Source of the DNA: Malacoraja senta
Taxonomy: Eukaryota
Direction: 5' to 3'
Length of the DNA: 64,000 bases
Assembly: GCA_038087875.1 (NCBI GenBank)
Contig: CM075980.1
Coordinates: 9,176,001-9,240,000, forward strand
In this document: piece by piece, positions 49,845 through 63,490 of the stretch
How positions within the stretch are numbered: the first letter of the stretch is position 1
How the letters are laid out: each line of letters starts with the position of its first letter
Notes under the pieces: generated by a model
What the model saw: the letters and a program-made list of their open reading frames with translations, nothing else
What the model was told of the DNA's origin: nothing
Databases searched by the model: none
Translations under genes and position numbers: made by a program

Positions 49845-51384
49845 ATTCATCCCACCAGCCACCCCTCCAGATCAATCATTCCTCTACTTCCACAAATTCA
49901 CATTCAGGCACATGATCCCAATGGAACAGAAATTATCCAGCTTTTAGGGGTAATACAGATCTTGGACTTAAATAACAAACAATTTATTTGTGTATCTCCT
50001 CTTACTTACAGTCACTGCGAAAAGAGAAATTCCTCTAGATGAGGTGTTGAAAGTGCCATATTTTCCTCAATCCCAACCCCACAACCTCCAGGTGATTAAC
50101 TTCATGCTAACAGCCATCTGTGGCAGGCTGGTTGAGGAGCTGTCAGATTCAATGACTTGAACCCAAATCAGCAGTGAAAAATTACCAGTGGTTTCTATCC
50201 AGCTCAGTTCTTGTTTAATTATATATTTTTTTAAACTGCAAAGACCATTTTAATATTGCAACCTCACAGACACCAACCCCAAGAGTACATATATATTGAG
50301 GCTTTTTCTTTGTCGAAGAAGTAAACAAAACAATGAATATATAATTGCAGTTAAACAATTCCCTGAATGGCTTGGTAAAACTAACTTGGTAAATCTACAA
50401 CAGAACAATCCTCTAAAGGAACCCAGTCGAGCTGACAATAAATCTACAGAGAATTATATGAAACATAGATGATGTTGCTGGAAAGCAAAAGTATTTTTAT
50501 GAGAAATGTCTCTGTTGCATACCAGTGTCTCCTTGTTGTCAGTAAAGCCTTTGACTAACTGAAGCAATAATATTTCTTAGCAATGGTCACAATCGCACTT
50601 CCTGTTTGGTACACAGGGAAGTTTCCTTTCGTAGATTTGATAGAACTTTTACATGTCTGTAACCTTTTTATCCTCTACTTTCAGTTACCTGAAGAGTTCA
50701 TAATTCTGAGCTTTCATGTCAGAGTTATGTGATTTTAAAATCATGACAACCACTTTTTGTAAGCCACACATCACATGTAGGTGATGCAAGTAATTTTTGT
50801 GCTTTCTTACAAAATTAATGACTAATTCTTACATGGAAATTTAAAGGACTGTTAGATGGGACACTGCCTGTTCACTTTTATAGCACAAGAACGGTTTTAA
50901 TCTTTGGGGCACGTCCTAACCTAATGTCTGTGAACAGAACATTTTCAATTGTGAGCCTGCTGTATTTTTTATCAACTCTCTTGCCTAATTTGCCAATAAT
51001 TTATCTTTATATGATATGTCTTAATTCCTGCTGTTGAGCTTTTGGGTCTTCCCACATAATGTGTTGCCATATTTTGTCTGTCATCCTAAGAGTAATTCAG
51101 TTTTTAGAAAAAACAGTGGTAATAGCTGAGGTCAGAAGCTTTTTAGTGCCATTTTAACTGGTCACATTCTGATAAATTGAAGCCTCACTAGTGTTTACAA
51201 TGCATTGAATCCAATCTGCCATTAAACCAAAGGGAATTCCTCAAGAATGAGATAAATTGTTTTAAGGAAATAGTCCTGATTCTTTCCTCTGATCAATAAT
51301 AATCACTTGTGTTTGACTACATCTTTGTACATCTTTTAATCATGGCTTATACAATCTCATATATAATCTGATGGGTTTTTTGCC

Positions 51385-51390
51385 AATAAA
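51385..51390 (+). terminator. Likely PXN poly(A) signal (3' UTR about 1.55 kb)
   Basis: AATAAA followed by U-rich sequence, at the end of a repeat-free AU-rich stretch after the stop codon. Confidence 0.6.
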
Positions 51391-51574
51391 AGTGCTTTTC
51401 ATTTTATTTTAAGACTTCAGTTGACTTTTTCTTTTGAAAGATCTAAATTAGCCATGTTTTTCCAAATGTTATTTTGAAATTCTCCAGCTGGGTGCTAATG
51501 GATTATTTTCTTTTTTTAACTGAGTGAACCAGATGAAGAAGATTTGGTTGTAATGTAAGATATTACCAAATTAT

Positions 51575-51885
51575 GGGCGGCGCGGTAGCGCAGCGATAGA
51601 GTGGTTGCCTTACAGCGCCAAAGACCCGGGTTAGATCCTGAGTACGGGTATGGAGTTTGTAAGTTCTCCCCGTGACCTGTGTGGGTTTTCTCCTGGATCT
51701 CCGGTTTCTTCCCACACTCCAAAGACATACAGGTTTGTAGGTTAATGGGTGTGGTATAATTGTAAATTGTCCCTAGTTTGTGGGGATTAATGTTAATGTG
51801 CGGGGAGCACTGGTCAGCGCAGATTCGGTGGGCCGAAGGGCCTGTTTCCATGCTGTATCTCTGAATTAAACTAAACTAAACTAAA
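51575..51885 (+). mobile_element. tRNA-derived V-SINE (HE1-like)
   Basis: tRNA-like head with A/B-box-like motifs, V-domain TGGAGTTTGTA.GTTCTCCCCGTG..., CR1-type tail GGGCCGAAGGGCCTGTTTCC and (AAACT)n. Confidence 0.88.
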
Positions 51886-52379
51886 TTTGAAGAGTCAGTG
51901 AAAATATGAGGTAAATCTCGAGGCCAAGCTTGAAAAAGAAAAAACTTAGCAGAGTAAAATAATTTTGGAGAATGTACATCAATGGGAGACTATGCAATGA
52001 AGCCCATTATCAACAAATACATTTCAAATCCAGAAACAACTATTTTAATCTAAAAGATGGCTTTAGAACATGCTACCAAATGGAATATACATATTTTATC
52101 ATCGATCATTTAAAATAAAGTAGATAGGTACATGAGGGAGAAAGGAGCTAAATGATTGAAACAATATGCAAATCGGATTTGATGAAATCATATGAGAGGC
52201 AGTTCACGTAGACATCAATGTTATACAGAATATAAAGAGTACATTTAATTTTGTATTACGGGCCTTAAAAGAATAACTGAGGATCAACTGTTCATCAACA
52301 GCAGCATAATTTAGAATCAATTGTAATAAGGAGTAGGGAATGATGGAAGGGGGATATAGGTGAACAATCAATCAGCTTG

Positions 52380-52644
52380 GGTACACTAAAATGCTGGAGA
52401 AACTCAGCGGGTGCAGCAGCATCTATGGAGCGAAGGAAATAGGCAAAGTTTCGGGCCGAAACCCTTCTTCAGACTCTATTAGCCATGTTTTTCCAAATGT
52501 TATTTTGAAATTCTCCAGTCTGAAGAAGGGTTTCGGCCCGAAACGTTGCCTATTTCCTTCGCTCCATAGATGCTGCTGCACCCGCTGAGTTTCTCCAGCA
52601 TTTTTGTGTACCTTCGATTTTCCAGCATCTGCAGTTCCTTCTTT
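52380..52644. mobile_element. Inverted pair of Penelope-derived elements with a captured 41-bp spacer
   Basis: Opposite-orientation copies; 17-bp target duplication AACAATCAATCAGCTTG (52363-52379 and 52645-52661). Confidence 0.88.
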
Positions 52645-53254
52645 AACAATCAATCAGCTTGCATTTTCTCATATCTTCTCCCATAATGCAAATTGGTGCA
52701 AGACAGTCCCGCAGCGAAGAGCAGTGATCTGTTCCTCACTTGGAAATACTAGAATGCTGAGGTATGTCGAGACGAAAGGAATGTTTGCCATTAAAAAGTG
52801 GACCAAGCTATTTGAAGACATCTGTGGAATGCCCATTGCAGTAAGTGAAGTGTCTCAAAACATTTTACACCTGGGAATGGAATCAAGGTAGAAAATGAAT
52901 GAGTGTGAGAAGGTTATATTCATGGTTGTCAAAAAAAGTTTGCAAAATAGAAACTAAAGTGACTGGAGAGAGACAATGAGATCCTGGTACTTCTTTCCAA
53001 AGAGTGCAGTGGGATCACTTTCACCAGAAGAACTGCAATAGTTCCTGAGTAATTGCAATTGGGCAATAAATGCTGGTGTTGCCAGCAATGCCTAAAAAAA
53101 GATGAATAAAGAAAAGAAGAATTGCAGAGTATTGGAACATAGTGAAAGAACCAGTGCATATACGTGAGTAGGTGTAAGAAACGGAACGGCGTATTGGAAC
53201 GGCGGGAAGATGTTGCTGGGATATAAAAATTATGTCCAAAGAATGTGGAGACAT

Positions 53255-54430
53255 GGAGTGATACAGTGTGGAAACAGGACCTTCGGCCCAACTTGCCCAC
53301 ACCATCCAACATGTCCCAGCTACACTAGTCCCACCTGCCTGCACTTGGTCCATATCCCTCCTAGCCTGTCCTATCCATGAACCTGTCTCACTGTTTCTTA
53401 AACGTTGGGATAGTCCCCGCCTAAACTACCTCCTCTGGCAGTTTGTACCATACACCCACCACCCTTTGTGCGAAAAAGTTACCCCTCAGATTCCTATTAA
53501 ATCTTTTCCCCTTCACCTTGAACTTACATCCTCTGGTCCATGATTCCCCTATTCTGGGCAAAAGATTCTGTGCATCTACCCGATCTATTCCTCTCATGAT
53601 TTTATACACCTCTATAAGAATCACTCCTCATCCTCCTTTGGACTCCTGTGGAGTCTTTGGAAAGGGTATAGAGGAGGTTTGTCAGAATGATGCCTGGAAC
53701 AGCTACAGGGAAAGGTTGGAGACTTGAATTGGCTTCTCTGGAACACTAGAGGTTGCTGGGAGACCTGATAGAAGTGTATAAAATTATGTAAGAGGAGACA
53801 GTCAGAACCTTTTTCCCAGGATGGAAAAAATCAAATACTAGAGGCCGTAGCTTTAAAGTGAGAGGGGCAAAGTTTAAGGGAGATGTGCTGGGGAAGTTTT
53901 TACACAGACAATGGTGAGTGCCTGGAACGCACTGCCAGGGATGGTGGTTGAGTCTGAAACGATAGTGGCATATAAGAGATTTTTTAATAGGTACATGGAT
54001 TTGGAGGGATTAAGTGCAGACAGATAGGTGTTGGTCTTGGTATTATGTTTGGTATGGATATTGTGGGCTGTAATGCCTGTTCTTGTACTGTACTGTTCTA
54101 TGATCCAGATGGGGTAAACAAAGAATCTATTTCACGTGGTGGAGAAGTCACTAACTAAAGAAGCAGAAGTTGAAATTAATTGGTAGAAGGATTAGAGGGG
54201 AGTTGAGGAAAAAAAGAATTCAGCGAGTGGTGGGTGCCTTTGAATTAATTCCTTGAACATTTAGCAGAGGCAGAAATCCTCAACAGATTTACAAAGTACC
54301 AGGATGAGCACTTAACAAGATGCAGGCTACTGGGCTTGCATCAAGGCACAGTAACGGTAGGAACCTAAAAGTATAAATAGTATGGACTCAATAGGATAAA
54401 TGACAGTTTCCTGTGCTGTAACTGACAGAA
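53255..54430. mobile_element. CR1 LINE 3' fragments (minus strand about 53255-53637, plus strand about 53650-54430)
   Basis: LIEVYKIMRGIDRVD..ESWTRGCKFKV motifs and CR1 tails. Confidence 0.82.
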
Positions 54431-55769
54431 TTCTATATCAAAGGTAAGAAATTATCAGTTAGTTTTAATTACAGCATTCCCAATGATTAAAAATTAGTAT
54501 TTTCCAATTTGTAGCACCCTGCACTTAATGGCATTGAAATGTATCTTGCCTGCTTTTGCAGTTCTTGAGTGGCTGATTTTATCACCAGGAAATGACAAGA
54601 CATTTCTAGACTGTAACTGCACCAGAAACGTCTACAGATTTTTTTGAACATTTTAGTGCCAAAGAAGACTATAACAGAAAATCAGGAGGGCACTATAATT
54701 TTTCACTGTTGGTTTTAATTGCGGAAGCTTTCAATAAAGAAAACCAACATTTTTGGCATCCCATCAAAAGGAATGAAAATCAAGAAATCGTGATTCATTC
54801 ATTGGATGATACAGAATTTGAATTAAGTCAATGGACATCAGTTGAATCATCAACAAAGTATTGATGGGCTTGAATTATGAAAGAGCAAGTAATTAATCTG
54901 GAGATTAATGAAGGGTTGGGTAAAAACATTTGCGTTTATTAATTGCTGTGTATGCTGCCAATCCCATATCCCTAGTTTGGCACCTCCCAATTATTAAATG
55001 AGTATTTTCCAATTTGTACCACGCTGCACTTAATGGTGTTGAAATGTATCTTACCTGCTTTTATAGTTCTTGAGTAGCTGATTATTTAACCACCATCTAC
55101 AAAATGACAAGACATTTCTAGACTAAGTGCACCAGGAATTTCTACAGATTTTTTTAATTTTAGTGCCGAAGAAAGATATAACATAAAATCAGGAGAGCAC
55201 CATAATTTTTCTACCCATAGTGCTCTCAATGCTTTGCAATTAGTGACGTTTGCCAGTGCTATGAACAAATCTGAGGATAATAAGATTAGATAGTTTTTGA
55301 CAGTCTCTTGTCGTATAAATAATTTCAAACTGATGCTCATATCCCAGTATCGTGATACTATGCATCAGAATGGTTGGAAATGTAAAGATACATAATATTT
55401 TTGGCAATTTGCAATAAAATGTTTCCCCAATATTTGTACAAAACAAAAAAGTAACACATGAATATCAGCAATACCATGGCAAATCGGATCCAATATATGT
55501 GATTGACCTCATATGCTTTTTGGAAAGCTGATATGAATTTGATATTTATGGAATTTTTTATAGAAATGTAATACTCTTTGTAATTATAACATTTTAATAA
55601 CAATCTTGTTTAAATTGCTTGCTCAAATGATTTCCAAATGGCAATCTCAGGAGTGTGTTTTAAAGAACAATTGATTTTTGGGACAAGGAAGGTATGTAAT
55701 GAGCAGGCAAATGCATTTCAGATTATTTTATGACAATTATAGGCAGAACAAATACATTTTTTTGCAAAC

Positions 55770-58700
55770 CTCCGTTCTTGGTGACGTATATAAATGACTT
55801 AGACATAAATGTGGATGGGTTGGTAAGTTTGCAGGCCACATCAAGATTGCTGGCATCGCGGACAGTGAATAAGGCTGTTGAAGTATACAGTGGCATGTGC
55901 AGTAGACAATAGGTGCAGGAGTAGGCCATTCGGCCCTTCGAGCCAGCATTCAATGTGATCATGGCTGATCATCCCCAATCAGTACCCCGTTCCTGCCTTC
56001 TCCCCATATCCCCTGACTCGGCAATTTTTAAGAGCCCTATCTAGCTCTCTCTTGAAAGCATCCAGAGAACCTGCCTCCACCGCACTCTGAGGCAGAGAAT
56101 TCCACAGACTCACCTCTCTCTGTGAGAAAAAGTGTTTCCTCGTCTCCGTTCTAAATGGCTTACTCCTTATTCTTAAACTGTGGCCCCTGGTTCTGGACTC
56201 CCCCAACATCGGGAGCATGTTTCCTGCCTCTAGCGTGTCCAAACCCTTAACAATCTTATATGTTTCAATGAGATTCCCTCTCATCCTTCAACTCCAGAGT
56301 GTACAAGCCCAGCTGCTCCATTCTCTCAGCATATGACATAGAAACATAGAAAATAGGTGCAGGAGTAGGCCATTCGCCCTTCGAGCCTGCACCGCCATTC
56401 AATATGATCATGGCTGATCATCCAACTCAGTATCCTGTACCTGCCTTCTCTCCATACCCCCTGATCCCTTTAGCCACAAGGGTCACATCTAACTCCCTCT
56501 TAAATATAGCCAATGAACTGGCCTCAACTACCTTCTGTGGCAGAGAATTCCACAGATTCACCACTCTCTGTGTGAAAAATGATTTTCTCATCTCGGTCCT
56601 AAAAGACTTCCCCCTTATCCTTAAACTGTGACCCCCTTGTTCTGGACTTCCCCAACATCGGGAACAATCTTCCTGCATCTAGCCTGTCCAACCCCTTAAG
56701 AATCTTGTAAGTTTCTATAAGATCCCCCCTCAATCTTCTAAATTCTAGCGATTACAAGCCGAGTCTATCCAGTCTTTCTTCATATGAAAGTCCTGCCATC
56801 CCAGGAATCAGTCTGGTGAACCTTCTCTGTACTCCCTCTATGGCAAGAATGTCTTTCCTCAGATTTGGTGACCAAAACTGTACGCAATACTGCAGGTGTG
56901 GCCTCACCAAGACCCTGTACAACTGCAGTAGAACCTCCCTGCTCTTATACTCAAATCCTTTTGCTATGAATGCTAACATACCATTCGCTTTCTTCACTGC
57001 CTGCTGCACCTGCATGCCTACTTTCAATGACTGGTGTACCATGACACCCATATCTCGTTGCATCTCCCCTTTTCCTAATCGGCCACCATTCAGATAATAA
57101 TGACAGTCCCGCCATCCTGGGAATTAACCTTGTAAACCTACGCTGCACTCCCTCAATAGCAAGAATGTCTTTCCTCAAATTAAGGGACCAAAACTGCACA
57201 CAATACTCCAGGTGTGGTCTCACTAGGGCTCTGTACAACTGCAGAAGGACCTCTTTGCTCCTATATTCGATTCCTTTTGTTTTAAAGGCCAACATGCCAT
57301 TCGTTTTCTTCATTGCCTGCTGTACCTGCATGCTTACTTTCATGGACTGATGTACAAGGACCCCCAGATCCCGCTGTACTTCCCCTTTTCCCAACTTGAC
57401 GCCATTTAGATAGTAATCTGCCTTCCTGTTTTTGCTACCAAAGTGGATAACCTCACATTTATGTGCATTAAACTTCATCTGCCATGCATCTGGCCACTCC
57501 CACAACCTGTCCAAGTCACCCTGCATTCTCATAGCATCCTCCTCACAGTTCACACTGCCACCCAGCTTTGTGTCTGCCATTCTGAAAGCGACCCGTTAAT
57601 CCCTACTCTTTGTTTCCTGTCTGCCATCCACTTCTCTATCCATGTCAGCACTCTACCCTCAATACCATGTGCCCTAATTTTGCCCACTAATCTCCTATGT
57701 GGGACCTTATCAAATGCTTTCTGAAAGTCCAGGTACACTACATCCACTGGCTCTCCCATGTCCATTTTCCTAGTTACATCTTCAAAAAATTCCAGAAGAT
57801 TAGTCAAGCATGATTTCCCCTTCGTAAATCCATGTTGACTCGGACCGATCCTGTTACTGCTATCCAAATGTTCGGCTATCTCATCTTTTATAATTGACTC
57901 CAGCATCTTCCCCACCACCGATGTCAGGCTAACTGGTCTATAATTCCCTGTTTTCTCTCTCCCGCCTTTCTTAAAAAGTGGGATAACATTAGCTACCCTC
58001 CAATCCACAGGAACTGATCCTGAGTCTATAGAACATTGGAAAATTATCACCAATGCATCCACAATTTCTAGAGCCACTTCCTTAAGTACCCTGGGATGCA
58101 AACCATCAGGCCCTGGGGATTTATCAGCCTTCAGTCCCATCAGTCTACCCAACACCATTTCCTGCCTAATGTGGATTTCCTTCAGTTCCTCCATCACCCC
58201 AGATCCTCTGGCCACTACTATATCAGGAAGATTGTTTGTGTCCTCCTTAGTGAAGACCGATTCAAAGTACCTGTTCAGTAGATCAACGACAGAATAGTTA
58301 ATTAAGCTTAATCTGAGCTAGTGCGACAAAGTACCCTTTCGGAAGTCGGATATAAAAGGAACTGGTTGATGGCAAAACACCTAACAGCACTGATGTGCAG
58401 AGAGATCTTGGGGAGAGGGCGAGTAGCTTATTGAAAGTGGCAACACAAGTAGAAAGTGGTAAATGCGTATGGCATGCTTACCTTCATTGGTTGCCGTATT
58501 GAATATCGAGTCAGGAAGTCATGATGCAGTATTTGGAGTATCGTGTGCAGTTCAGGTCGCCTCATTACAGGAAGGATGTGGAGGCTTTAGAGAGAGTGCA
58601 AAAGAGGTTAACCATAATGTTGCCTGGATTGGTGGGTTACAGCTACAAGGAGCAGTACAAAATTGTGATGTTTTCTCTGGAACACTGGAGGTTGAGGGGA

Positions 58701-59030
58701 GACCTGATAGAAGTGTGTAATTTTATGAGAGGCAAGGATAGAGTAAACGGTCAGAATGTTGTTCCCAGGATGGAAAAGGACGAGGGCATAGCTTTAAGGT
58801 GAGATGGGCAAGGAGATGTGCGGGGCAAAGTTTTTGCACAGAGGTTGGTGGGTGCGTGGAATGTGATACCAGGGGTTGTGGTGAAGACAAATACAAGAAG
58901 AACATTTAAGAGGTTTCCAGATAAGCACATGGATATGGAGGGATATTGATCGTGTACAGGCAAATGAGATAAGTTTATCTTGTTATCATGTTCGACACAG
59001 ACACTTTAGCCCTTGGGCCGGTATTAGTCC
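55770..59030. mobile_element. Three nested CR1 LINEs: old + strand host, minus-strand copy at 55907-58275, younger minus-strand copy at 56339-57099
   Basis: ORF2 motifs SPGPDGLHPRVLKE, NYRPVSLTS, LDFQKAFDKVPH; junction repeats CAGTAGA and ATGACA. Confidence 0.92.
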
Positions 59031-59304
59031 TATATCATTCTATATTATAAATTATGTTTTGAAACACTGAAGGATTTTGAAGTGAGCAACATATTAAAGG
59101 CATTTTCTGGAGTTGAAATTGAGACACAAACTTCAAAGGTTCCCTGGATAGCAAAATATAATGAGGAATATGGATGACCATGAAATGATAGCAATATTTC
59201 TTTGTCATGAGGACTGAAACAGTCTGCAGTTTCCCCTTCACTATAACTTTATTATGTAATATTTACCATAAAAGATGCTTTAATTATGTCACACTTTTAA
59301 AGAT

Positions 59305-60720
59305 TTGTAGAACATATAACTGTACAGCATAGGAGCAGGCCCTTTGCCACACAATATCCATGCCGAACATGATGCCAAGATAAACTAATCTCCTCTGCCT
59401 GCATGTGATCCGTATTTATCCACCTCTCCCTTCCCTGCATATCTATATGCCAATCTAAAAGCCTCTTAATTGCCATTATCATATCTGCTTCCACCACCAC
59501 CCTGGCAAACATTACAGGCAGCCAAGAGCCACTGTGTTAAAAAAAACCTTCCCCCATCATTTCCTTTTAAACTTTACCCCTCTCATCTTAATGCCTTCTC
59601 GTCTTTGACTTTTATCACCATGGGAGAAGGTTCTGACTATCTACCCTGTCTATGCATCATCATTTTCTTCCATCAGGTCTCCCATCAGCCTCCAACGCTT
59701 CAGAGAAAACTATCCATGTTTGTCCAACCACTTTTTGCTAATACACACTTATCCTTCCAGCATTCTGGTAAACCTCTACTGCACCCTCTCCAAAGGCTTC
59801 ACATCTTTCCTGTAATGGGGCGATTAGACTGTACACAATACTCCAAATTTGGTGTACTCAAAATCGAATAAATATGCAATATTACTTACTGACTTTTACA
59901 TTCATTTACTTGACTAATGAAGGCAAGAGTACTGTATGCCTTCTTTACCACTCTATTTACTTGCATTGCCACGTCAAAGGAGCAATGGACTTTGATTCCA
60001 AGATCCCTCTGCATACTTATGCTGTTAAGGGTGTTGTCATTAAATGTATACTTTTCCCTGCATTCAACCCCCGAAAGTGCAACACTGACAATTGCTTGGA
60101 TTAAACTCCATCTGCCATTTCTCTGCCCATTTCTGTAGCTATGAATACTTTGACAATCACAGAGTCATACACCACAGAAGCAGGTCCATTGGCCCAACTT
60201 GTCCATGCCGACCGAGATGCCCAATCTAAGTTAATCCCACAAACCCAAGTTTGGCACATATCCCTCTATACTTTATCTTGCACTGAATGCCATACTCTTT
60301 ATCCTGTACCTGTACACAGTGGACAGCTCGAGTGTAATCATGTATAGTCTTTTTGTTGACTGGGTAGTATGCAATAAAAGCTTTCCACTGTACTTCTGTA
60401 CACATGACAATAATAAACAAAACTTTTTCTATCCAGGTACCTGTCCAGACGTCTTTTAAATGTTGTTATAGTACCTATCTCAACTACCTCTCTGGCAGCT
60501 GGTTCCATATACCCACCACCCACTCTGTAAACCTGTCCCTCAGGTTCCTAGCGCAACTTAAAACCTTCTCTCAACTTAAAACTATGTACTCTGGTTCTTG
60601 ATTCATCTACTTTGGGTAAATCAACTGCAATAGCCCTATCTGTTCCACTCAAGATTTTATACACTAATATCAAGTCACCCCTTGGCTTCCTGCACTCCAG
60701 GAAATAGTCCTTCCTCACTG
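59305..60720 (-). mobile_element. CR1 LINE fragments with a nested Rex/Babar-type tail
   Basis: Reverse-strand CR1 3' segments; ...GTACACATGACAATAATAAAC tail at about 60290-60420. Confidence 0.7.
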
Positions 60721-61539
60721 TCTAATTTCAACTTTAATGTTGTTTGCAAATTTATTTCACAACCCATCTACATTTACATCTTTATGCATATTTATTTATT
60801 TATTTATTTTTATTAATTCATTTCTAATTTTATTTATTTTTATGTTTTTATTTATATTTATTTATTATTAATATTAATTTATAGAATGCCATAATAAGAA
60901 AAGCTGCCTGACACTAACTCTTTGATTTAATAATTTGATGATATTTGTATTACCAGCAGCTTGATATTGGTTTCTTATTGTTCAATTATCGCAAGAAACT
61001 GACTGAAAGAGATTCTGAGACATGGTACAGGAAGTGCTTTTTGATGAAACTGAGATGTAGATAATAAACCTGATTTGGAATATTGAACACAGGACATGAT
61101 CTCTCTTCGTTTAGATAATGTGGTTGTGCATGAAGAGACAGTAGGCTGTATAAATCAGCTGTTAAATGTTACAATCACTGGTTTTCCGAGTGATTAATTG
61201 GAGATTGTGGGAGGAAGATTTTATACTAGATTAAGATGACTGAACCAGAGCAGACAAAAATAAAGAGGTCTCCTTGGCCACAGGGGGAGATAAAATTATA
61301 CTATATGTTAAAGCCCCCTTATCAACCTCTGGAGTATTCCATTACTGGTTCTTTACATGCAAACAGCAGAAGGTGATCCTTTTATACTTAATAAAGCTAA
61401 AATTGTTTGTGGATATTTCTGATTTCTCATGGAGGATCAAATTATTTGTGGAATTCAGTAGTCTTTCCTGAGGGGATGCTAACTGCATGAGAAGATGTTA
61501 TCTCAAAAAATGTGTCCAGACATGTGAAGGCGGACAGTT

Positions 61540-62200
61540 AACCAAAACTAGAAGGGGTGTTGGATGACCGACAACAGGAATTGGTGCAGTACCAGATGAA
61601 GAAGCCGTGCCAGCAGCTCTACTTTTCTAGCAGCTTAAAAAGATGTGGCAACAAGCTTCTACAGATGTACACTATAAAATATACTGACTGTATTATGGCC
61701 TGGTATGGCAAATTCAATACACAGGAACACAAGGGCCTGCAGAACATGTTACCTGAGCATGGTGCATCATAGGTACAACTTTCCCCACTATCAATAGCAT
61801 TTACCTGAGGAGCTGCATCAAGAGCATGACATCTATCATCAAGGATCTCCATCCTTTGGGCTATGCCACTTCTTGCTGCTACCATTGGCAGGAGGTACAG
61901 AAGCTTGAAGTCCCACATTATCAGCTTCAGGACAGCTGCCTTCCTACAACCATTAGGTTATTGAACTGACCTACACAACCCCCATCCTATCTCAGCAAGG
62001 GAACACCATGAACCACCTCTTGTACAACCATGATTTGTTTCCTGATCGTGTTTTTCCACTAATGTTTTTTGCATAGTCTTTTTCTTTTCTGTCTTGTATA
62101 ATTTATGTTTTGTATGTTTGTCCATGTGCCTGTGAGGGAACTGCAAGCAAGATGATTCACTGTACCTGATTGTACGTGCATATGAATAAACTCAACTTGA
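61540..62200 (+). mobile_element. Old Rex1/Babar-type LINE 3' fragment
   Basis: KKPCQQLYF..LK, DCIMAWYG and FRDSCLPTTIRLLN-like motifs; AATAAACTCAACTTGACT tail. Confidence 0.65.
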
Positions 62201-62802
62201 CTGTTGTAAATTGTTGCCACTCATTCGACTTTATCCTTATCTTGAAGAATATTTGTCATCAACCCTTCTTCAAAAAGCCCACTCTTTCTCCTTCCTCATC
62301 AACGTTGTCATATTTGCAACCTGTTTTGTGAAATTACTGCAAGTATTGTTGCTTTTTAGAAGTATGTGTTTTCTCTACACCTTCAGATGAGTCTCGAAAA
62401 TCAGGTTTCTAACTTCAAACACTTAAACCACGAATTAACATTCTCTCGTTTCCTTTATATGAACAGTATCAAACTTGGACGTCCAATATGAAACTTTAGT
62501 CTGTAGTCTCCTATGTTATTTAAAGGAGAAATAAAATGTCTCTTACAACATATTATAAGGGGGAGGCGTATGTGATGTGTCCTAGAATGGGACTACATAG
62601 TCCATGATCTGTGTGGATCCTGTAGAACTGTCAAAAAAGGTTGAACCCATGGAGCTGTAGAGTAAGAGATTAATATTTGTTCCAGCATTAGATATGGCTG
62701 TGTTTTTCCCATCCGGATTGTGGAGTTACACGTCTAGCACATACGGCAACTGAAATTTCCTAGCATGTCCGTCATAATCCTTCCTATTTTTGTTGTGATA
62801 TA

Positions 62803-63373
62803 GGAAGTGGCGGCGCCTAACGGCAGCGGCTCGACTGCAGTCCGTCTGTCTTTTTTTTATTTTTGTCTAGTTAAATGTAGTTGTTTGTGTTTTTTTATAT
62901 TGTTTTTAACTGTGTATATGTGGGGGGCGGGGGAGGGGGAGGGGGAAACTTTAAAAAATCTCTTCCCTGTATGGAGGACCCGACCTTTCTCTGTCGGGTC
63001 TCCGTTGTCATTGGGGCCTAGCACCGTGGAGCGGCCTCCAACCGGAACGACCTGGGGCTCCAGTCGCGGAGCCTGCGGACTACTCACCATCGTGGAGCTG
63101 GCCGAGTTCGGAGCGTGGAGAGCTGCGGTGATGCGCGGCTGTGACCCGACCCCGGAGATTCAGAGGCTCCAGCCGCAGGTCTGGTGGACGGTAACATCGG
63201 GAGCTCGCGGGTCCCTGGTGGGAGACCGCTTTTCGGGGCTCGCTGTGATGGATGTTTGTGTAAATTGTGTTGTGTCTTGGTTCTTTTTACTTGTTTGTAT
63301 GACTGCAGAAACCAAATTTCGTTTGAACTTCATTTGAGGTTCAAATGACAATAAATGGTATTGTATTGTATTG
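62803..63373 (+). mobile_element. GC-rich non-autonomous retroelement with a Rex/Babar-like 3' stem-loop and (TATTG)n tail
   Basis: CpG-rich body; TTTGAAC...GTTCAAA hairpin, then GACAATAAATGG(TATTG)3. Confidence 0.6.
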
Positions 63374-63490
63374 TGATGTTGTAGTGAAGTTCGTGTTATT
63401 CGGGTGGTTTATTTTGCTCAAGAAGTTTTATCAACTTGAACAATGCAGCATCAGAAACAATAGGTGATTGCGCTCATGCATTGTATGATC

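Noticed and set aside
52604-52891. 95-aa ORF downstream of PXN
   Set aside because: It begins inside a Penelope repeat and the remainder is not recognisable
56752-58215. Reverse-transcriptase ORFs as an active gene
   Set aside because: Truncated, nested CR1 ORF2 fragments with the catalytic region deleted
62807-63337. CpG-rich region and 176-aa ORF as the promoter or first exon of a neighbouring gene
   Set aside because: It ends in a retroelement-type stem-loop and (TATTG)n tail, and the ORF has no recognisable protein features
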